Shown piece by piece: positions 57,167 to 64,000 of a DNA stretch of 64,000 bases. Origin of the DNA: an uncultured Acidobacteriaceae bacterium (GTDB taxonomy: Bacteria; Acidobacteriota; Terriglobia; Terriglobales; Acidobacteriaceae); the NCBI GenBank assembly GCA_963710965.1, contig CAVQCP010000038.1, forward strand, positions 47,157 to 111,156, in the 5' to 3' direction. Below the pieces are notes generated by a model that worked only from the letters and a program-made list of their open reading frames with translations, was not told the origin of the DNA and ran no database searches. The number at the start of each line of letters is the position of its first letter. The stretch's first letter is position 1. A program made the translations under genes and the position numbers.

Positions 57167-57562
57167 TTAACGATTTGGCAGCACAGCAATGTCCGCCAAC
57201 TTGGCAAGCTGTTCGTCGGCGGTCACTAGCGTAAGGCCGAATACCTTGGCAGTGGCGGCGATAAATCCGTCTGCCGGGTCGTTATGAGGGAGATTCAAGG
57301 ACGATACCGCCAGCGCTACCTCAAATATCAGCGGCACCTCGCGGATGTTCAGGCGGGTGAGGCTTTCGTTGATCCAATGCACCGGATCTGGAACCAACCT
57401 CACTCGACCTTTGTCATAAAGGAGCCGTAGCTCCCAAAGGCTGACCGGTGAGAGCCAAAGCTCGTTCTCCGGGTTGTCCAGTGCTCGCGCCACGCGCGGG
57501 GACAGGCGGTTAGGCTGCAGCGAACTCCATAGCCAGATATGCGTATCGAGGAGGAACTTCAA
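57167..57562 (-). CDS. vapC: type II toxin VapC (PIN domain)
   Basis: MKFLLDTHIWLW...NDPADGFIAATA...LVTADE acidic PIN residues. The TTG start overlaps the antitoxin stop (TTGA). Confidence 0.85.
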   Translation of the reverse strand: MKFLLDTHIWLWSSLQPNRLSPRVARALDNPENELWLSPVSLWELRLLYDKGRVRLVPDPVHWINESLTRLNIREVPLIFEVALAVSSLNLPHNDPADGFIAATAKVFGLTLVTADEQLAKLADIAVLPNR

Positions 57563-57801
57563 TCGCGCCAGGCTTCCCAGTCCTCGAGGCTACCGGTAGG
57601 ACCGACAATATCGCCCAGAACTTCCCCTGTCCCAACCATGCAGCCAAGCCGTCGCCCCAAAGACTTCTGCGGAGACGGCGGGACAATTTCAGCCACTGGC
57701 TTGCCGAAGCGGGTAACTCGAATCGGTTGCCGGGTCTTGCGGACTTCTTCCAGCATGCCCAAGCATTTGGCTTTGAACTCGGAGATGGCTACTTCCTTCA
57801 T
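57559..57801 (-). CDS. Phd/YefM-family antitoxin
   Basis: 80 aa. ...ISEFKAKCLGMLEEVRKTRQPIRVTRFGKPVAEI. Translationally coupled to vapC. Confidence 0.8.
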   Translation of the reverse strand: MKEVAISEFKAKCLGMLEEVRKTRQPIRVTRFGKPVAEIVPPSPQKSLGRRLGCMVGTGEVLGDIVGPTGSLEDWEAWRD

Positions 57802-57810
57802 GGGTAAGTT

Positions 57811-57834
57811 GTACCATAGTCAACGACCATGGTC
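57811..57834. promoter_or_regulatory. candidate operator in the divergent toxin-antitoxin promoter region
   Basis: Direct repeat ACCATAGTCAA / ACCATGGTCAA. The second copy contains the perfect 10-bp palindrome GACCATGGTC (57825..57834), 10-30 nt upstream of the phd/yefM-like start. Confidence 0.4.
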
Positions 57835-57902
57835 AATCAGCTTGGGGCGATAACTAGCTCCTCTCTTACGACACTGACTCTGTGTTACACTGTATTCGTG
57901 CC

Positions 57903-58151
57903 ATGAAAACCACTCTTCGCAATGTTACGGTCACCCTAGAGGAAAGCGTCGCTCGCTGGGCTCGAATTGAAGCGGCGCGTCAGGACACCAGCGTATCGAG
58001 GCTGCTTGCTGGCATTTTAAAGGAGCGCATGAAAGAAAAGGATAACTACGAGGCCGCAATGCGCCGCGCGCTGGCTCGGAAACCATTCCTGAAAACCGAC
58101 GGAAACTATCTTTCTCGCGAGGAAGTTCATGACCGCACTCGTTTTCGTTGA
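57903..58151 (+). CDS. putative antitoxin (RHH/CopG-like)
   Basis: 82 aa. VTVTLEESVARWARIEAAR beta-strand/helix pattern. It overlaps the downstream PIN gene by 23 nt. Confidence 0.6.
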   Translation: MKTTLRNVTVTLEESVARWARIEAARQDTSVSRLLAGILKERMKEKDNYEAAMRRALARKPFLKTDGNYLSREEVHDRTRFR

Positions 58152-58569
58152 TAGCAACGTCCTGATCTATGCTGTCGATGAAGGCGACCCCAGGAAACAC
58201 CAGGCGGCAAAGTTGTGGCTCGCTGAATTATGGAGGAGTCGTTGTGGTCGTGTAAGTTTTCAGGTCCTGCAAGAGTTCTACGCCAACGTCACCCGGAAGT
58301 GGCCTCCCGCCCGCGAACAGGTACAGGCTGAGATACGCAATCTCTTGGCTTGGCGCCCGGTCGTCATTGATACGGAGACTCTGGAGAGCGCCTGGAAACT
58401 TCAGGATCGCTACAAAATTTCATTCTGGGATGGACTGATTGTGTCGTCCGCGAAGGCAGCTTCTTGCCGTTATCTTCTCACCGAAGATTTGCAGGCGGAC
58501 CAGAACCTCGACGGCGTCGTTGTGCTCAGTCCATTCCGCAGCGATCCGACAGAGATTCTCTCCGCGTAG
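58129..58569 (+). CDS. vapC: type II toxin VapC (PIN domain)
   Basis: MTALVFVDSNVLIYAVDEGD...FWDGLIVSSA...LLTEDL. Confidence 0.85.
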   Translation: MTALVFVDSNVLIYAVDEGDPRKHQAAKLWLAELWRSRCGRVSFQVLQEFYANVTRKWPPAREQVQAEIRNLLAWRPVVIDTETLESAWKLQDRYKISFWDGLIVSSAKAASCRYLLTEDLQADQNLDGVVVLSPFRSDPTEILSA

Positions 58570-58751
58570 ACAAAGACGGTCCGGGCAAAGGGCGTCACCG
58601 AATAGACGTGCGCGTCTTCCGCACCCGCTCAAGGATCCCCGGGCACTTACCCCTAAACTCCAAAAAGTCGATGTCTTTCATTTTCAAGAAACATCCTTAC
58701 TCTGAAGCGGTCCAACGCGCAATACTCCGATGGACACGGTGAAGGAGCAGG

Positions 58752-59861
58752 TCACGACTGCGAAAGCCCAGAGCCGATTGCCTCCGCCAGCCACGGCGGG
58801 TCCGAGAAACCACCGTAGGCAGCGGTCCAGTGCAAAGCTCGCATCTCGGCTTTCATCATGGTGTATCGCAACGCAATTCGATCCAGCACAGCGGCCGGCT
58901 CCCTTTCGGACTCCGGTTCCTGCTTCTTCCAGGTTTCGAGAATCTCCACGTCACTGAGATCGGGTCGAGTGCTGTAGAAATCCAATAGAGACTCGACATT
59001 GGGGTTTGAGGCGTAGTGCTTCTGGTAAAGTCCCAATTTTTCCGGCGACATTGCCTTCTTTAAGGCCGTGAAGCCCGACTGGTCAGAAAAGAGGCCGACG
59101 GGGGGGTTGAATCCGAACTTACGGCAAAGATCCACTGGGAAGAGAGATTGAGGCCTCGAACTGATAAGCAGGTCGAGCAGACAACGGGAAACCGCACCGG
59201 CACGTTCTAGCCAAAACCGCAGCGCCGGAGCCGCTGCAGCCGGTTGGTTGGTACCACGTATCGTCACGACGCTTTGGGCGAGCAGAGGCTTATGGACATA
59301 AGAGCAGAGGGTCGTGTACTCGCCGTAGAGATCGTCGAACCCGTGGGCAAAAGTCGGAAGACATTGCTGGTCGTAGACTTCGCGCATGACGCGCTTGAGG
59401 CCAAGATCTCGCTCCTGCGAGTTGCCGAGTAACCAAGCGCTGAACTTCCGCCAGCCGTCGTCGGTGTCAAGCCGCGACTGCCACCATAGGTGATAAACCA
59501 TTAACTCAACGACTGTGCGAAGCAGCGTGAGCGACGCGTGAATAGTGTTATTGTGCGCGGCCAGCACGGCTTCCCTTAGCGCCGATAGGCCCTCGAAAAA
59601 AAGATAGTTCGACGTATTCGGAAACGGACGCCCCGGCGTAATCGCCACTGCCTGCAAATCCTGCAGTTCGACAATGGCGAATAGGGCCCATTCCGCTTGG
59701 AGGAACAGAGGAGTGCGCTCGAATTCAGCCTGATCAATCAGATCTAAGTAGCCCTTTCCGCCGTTCGCAAGCTCCTCGGGCTGGAGGTGAAACGTAAGGC
59801 GCAGCGGGGCCCTGCGTACTTCGTCCCTTAGAAGGACGGCTGCGCCGGCGAATTGAATCAA
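58752..59861 (-). CDS. hypothetical protein with no recognisable motif
   Basis: 369-aa ORF with a TTG start 39 nt downstream of the mdh stop, on the same strand. GC looks slightly lower than the flanks by eye. Confidence 0.45.
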   Translation of the reverse strand: MIQFAGAAVLLRDEVRRAPLRLTFHLQPEELANGGKGYLDLIDQAEFERTPLFLQAEWALFAIVELQDLQAVAITPGRPFPNTSNYLFFEGLSALREAVLAAHNNTIHASLTLLRTVVELMVYHLWWQSRLDTDDGWRKFSAWLLGNSQERDLGLKRVMREVYDQQCLPTFAHGFDDLYGEYTTLCSYVHKPLLAQSVVTIRGTNQPAAAAPALRFWLERAGAVSRCLLDLLISSRPQSLFPVDLCRKFGFNPPVGLFSDQSGFTALKKAMSPEKLGLYQKHYASNPNVESLLDFYSTRPDLSDVEILETWKKQEPESEREPAAVLDRIALRYTMMKAEMRALHWTAAYGGFSDPPWLAEAIGSGLSQS

Positions 59862-59900
59862 TCTCGTTTCCCCGTTTTCCGTCGCTCGGTGCGTCAGTGC

Positions 59901-62370
<2,470 letters not shown>

Positions 62371-62534
62371 GAACAGCCTCCTGAAAGCGTTCGAAATAAG
62401 TTTAGAAGTCCTTGATTATAGAGAATGATTATAGAGAATCGATGTGAATTGCGGGCTCACATCGATTTTCGTCATCCGGATGTACAAAAAGCCCCGACCG
62501 GCTCGCGACCATGTTACGCACTGTGTTCCGTCAT

Positions 62535-62701
62535 AGCTCGAATCTGTCATCCCGACCAAGAAGAATGAGCGTCGAAGTCGCTCATTCTCCGCGTGGAGGG
62601 ACCTGCTTTTCGCCGGCAGCTGATAGGGTGCAGGCGAGCAGCAGGTCCCTCGACTGCGAAGATCGTGCGCGCCGCGCACGATCTTCTTCGCTCGGGATGA
62701 C
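62535..62701. repeat. family 1 full element (167 nt)
   Basis: Collinear with 34995..35149 (roughly 85% identity by eye), including the shared 5' flank AATCTGTCATCCCGACCAAG. Confidence 0.85.
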
Positions 62702-62825
62702 AGAATGTTTCACGCCGATTGCTTCTTTTCGCGCAGACAGTCTCGTGATATCTTGCGTTTTCGAAGACCAATTGGCTGTGACGTACGTCACGCGTCCAAG
62801 TTCACGCATCAAGATTCACCAAGTT

Positions 62826-63452
62826 TTACCAACGCCGGGTGCCGAAATCTTTGCGCACGCCTAGGGTGAAATATCGTCCCCAGGGGCCATTGGCGCCGAG
62901 ATCGGCGGGGCCCAGATAGGTGTTGCGCGCGCCTAACCGATCGAAGAGAAAGTGCTGGGTCATGCGGAATTCAAAGCCTTTCGCGATATAAATTGCGCCG
63001 CCCCAGGAATGCTCCACGCCGATAGCATCCGGCGACCAGGTGTAGAGCGTATGCGGAATCGTCTTGCCGAACAGGAAGGCGGGAGCGCCGAAAATCATCA
63101 CGCGGCGCAATTGTCCGCGACCGAAGGGGCGCGCTTCGAGCATTCCTGAGATCATGTAACGGGCAAACAGGCTGCAGGGAGCATTCGCCCCGCCATATTG
63201 CCCAGCATTGGCGGCACACAGGTTGGGATCGATCTCGTTGTGCGGAGGCGCCAAATCGACTTCGGCCCAGCCCCAGAACGTGTCTTTGGGCAGGAAAAAT
63301 CGAGGCTGGGCATCGGCGGGAGTTGGGACGCCGGGCGCATTGTAGGTGGTCTGCGCGGAAGCCTGCGATCCGCTCGCAGGTGGGGCACTCTGGGCGCTGC
63401 TAAAAATTGAAAGCGAAATGACGACTGCAAGAATTGGCGCTACGGTTTTCAT
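62826..63452 (-). CDS. secreted hypothetical protein (possible small outer-membrane beta-barrel)
   Basis: Signal peptide MKTVAPILAVVISLSIFSSAQS, aromatic-rich alternating pattern, C-terminal ...FGTRRW. GGAG lies 8 nt before the ATG. Confidence 0.5.
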   Translation of the reverse strand: MKTVAPILAVVISLSIFSSAQSAPPASGSQASAQTTYNAPGVPTPADAQPRFFLPKDTFWGWAEVDLAPPHNEIDPNLCAANAGQYGGANAPCSLFARYMISGMLEARPFGRGQLRRVMIFGAPAFLFGKTIPHTLYTWSPDAIGVEHSWGGAIYIAKGFEFRMTQHFLFDRLGARNTYLGPADLGANGPWGRYFTLGVRKDFGTRRW

Positions 63453-63689
63453 CCGGTGTCTCCAAATTGTCTATGTGGTCGAGCTTTACAGATTGCGGCG
63501 CGCCATTCCTCAAGTCTGCGAGAAGACGCGAGGAAGAGATCGGGACGCTGTGGGTGGAGCGGAACATTGTAACCTGACGGGTTGTAATACCGCCGCGACA
63601 AATGGGGGAGAGGCCGATAATATCGCGGGAAAAGAAGGTATGTTGAGAAAACGAAACCCGTGTTCACGGTCACGGTTGGGAGCCGTCAG

Positions 63690-64000
63690 CTAACGTGCGC
63701 GCTGTGCCAGCAGATCTACGTAGGCTTCTGCGATGAGTTCCTGTTTTTCAATTTCGAAGCTTGTAAGTAACGCTTCAGCAATGTTTGTTGCTTCGCTCTC
63801 AGTCTGCTCTGGCCGCAGCACTACTTCCAGTTCCAGAAAGTCTCCCAGATCCTCGACCCGGTCGAGGTGGACCCGAGTCTGGCCGATGAGGTAGAGGGTC
63901 CGCTCCTTCTTGACCCTGCCAATTCTGCCGAGCGTTTTGGTTAGGATTTCAAGCAGAGCCTGAGGGTCTGGGGTACGGGCAATCACATAGCGCGAGCATC
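63690..64000 (-). CDS. CYTH-domain protein (class IV adenylate cyclase-like), N-terminus beyond the window edge
   Basis: The C-terminal part ...RTLYLIGQTRVHLDRVEDLGDFLELEVVL... is typical of CyaB/CYTH. The frame is open to nt 64000. Confidence 0.7.
   Translation of the reverse strand, partial: CSRYVIARTPDPQALLEILTKTLGRIGRVKKERTLYLIGQTRVHLDRVEDLGDFLELEVVLRPEQTESEATNIAEALLTSFEIEKQELIAEAYVDLLAQRAR

Overview
This is a high-GC (about 58-60% by eye) chromosomal segment. The gene content suggests Acidobacteriota/Terriglobia: several PEP-CTERM proteins, a GloVer-repeat protein, and dense GC-rich intergenic palindromes. That assignment is inference only. Most of the window is housekeeping. It carries ygfZ, ribF, ubiE, aroB, tatBC, rdgB, sdhCAB, mdh and icd, two cyclophilins, several peptidases, and an ECF sigma/anti-sigma pair.

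Five accessory or unusual parts stand out:
1. A tandem triplication of DUF3857/transglutaminase-like/DUF3858 envelope proteins at 21.3-27.4 kb. Only the first copy keeps a Cys-His-Asp triad, and the middle copy is frameshifted. A divergent HExxH-TPR peptidase and an S41 protease lie next to it.
2. A REP-flanked tyrosine transposase (RAYT) unit and two small membrane ORFs inserted between sdhA and sdhB.
3. A cluster of PEP-CTERM genes with cNMP and REC-PilZ signalling genes at 38.5-46.5 kb.
4. A prepilin peptidase plus TadE/TadE/TadG module with no other Tad genes.
5. Two VapC toxin-antitoxin pairs and an orphan 369-aa gene between ppiB and mdh.

At least three intergenic repeat families recur. 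One copy of the first family supplies the last codons and the stop of a peptidase gene. I saw no rRNA, tRNA or CRISPR array. All family assignments come from reading motifs in the ORF-track translations. No database search was run.
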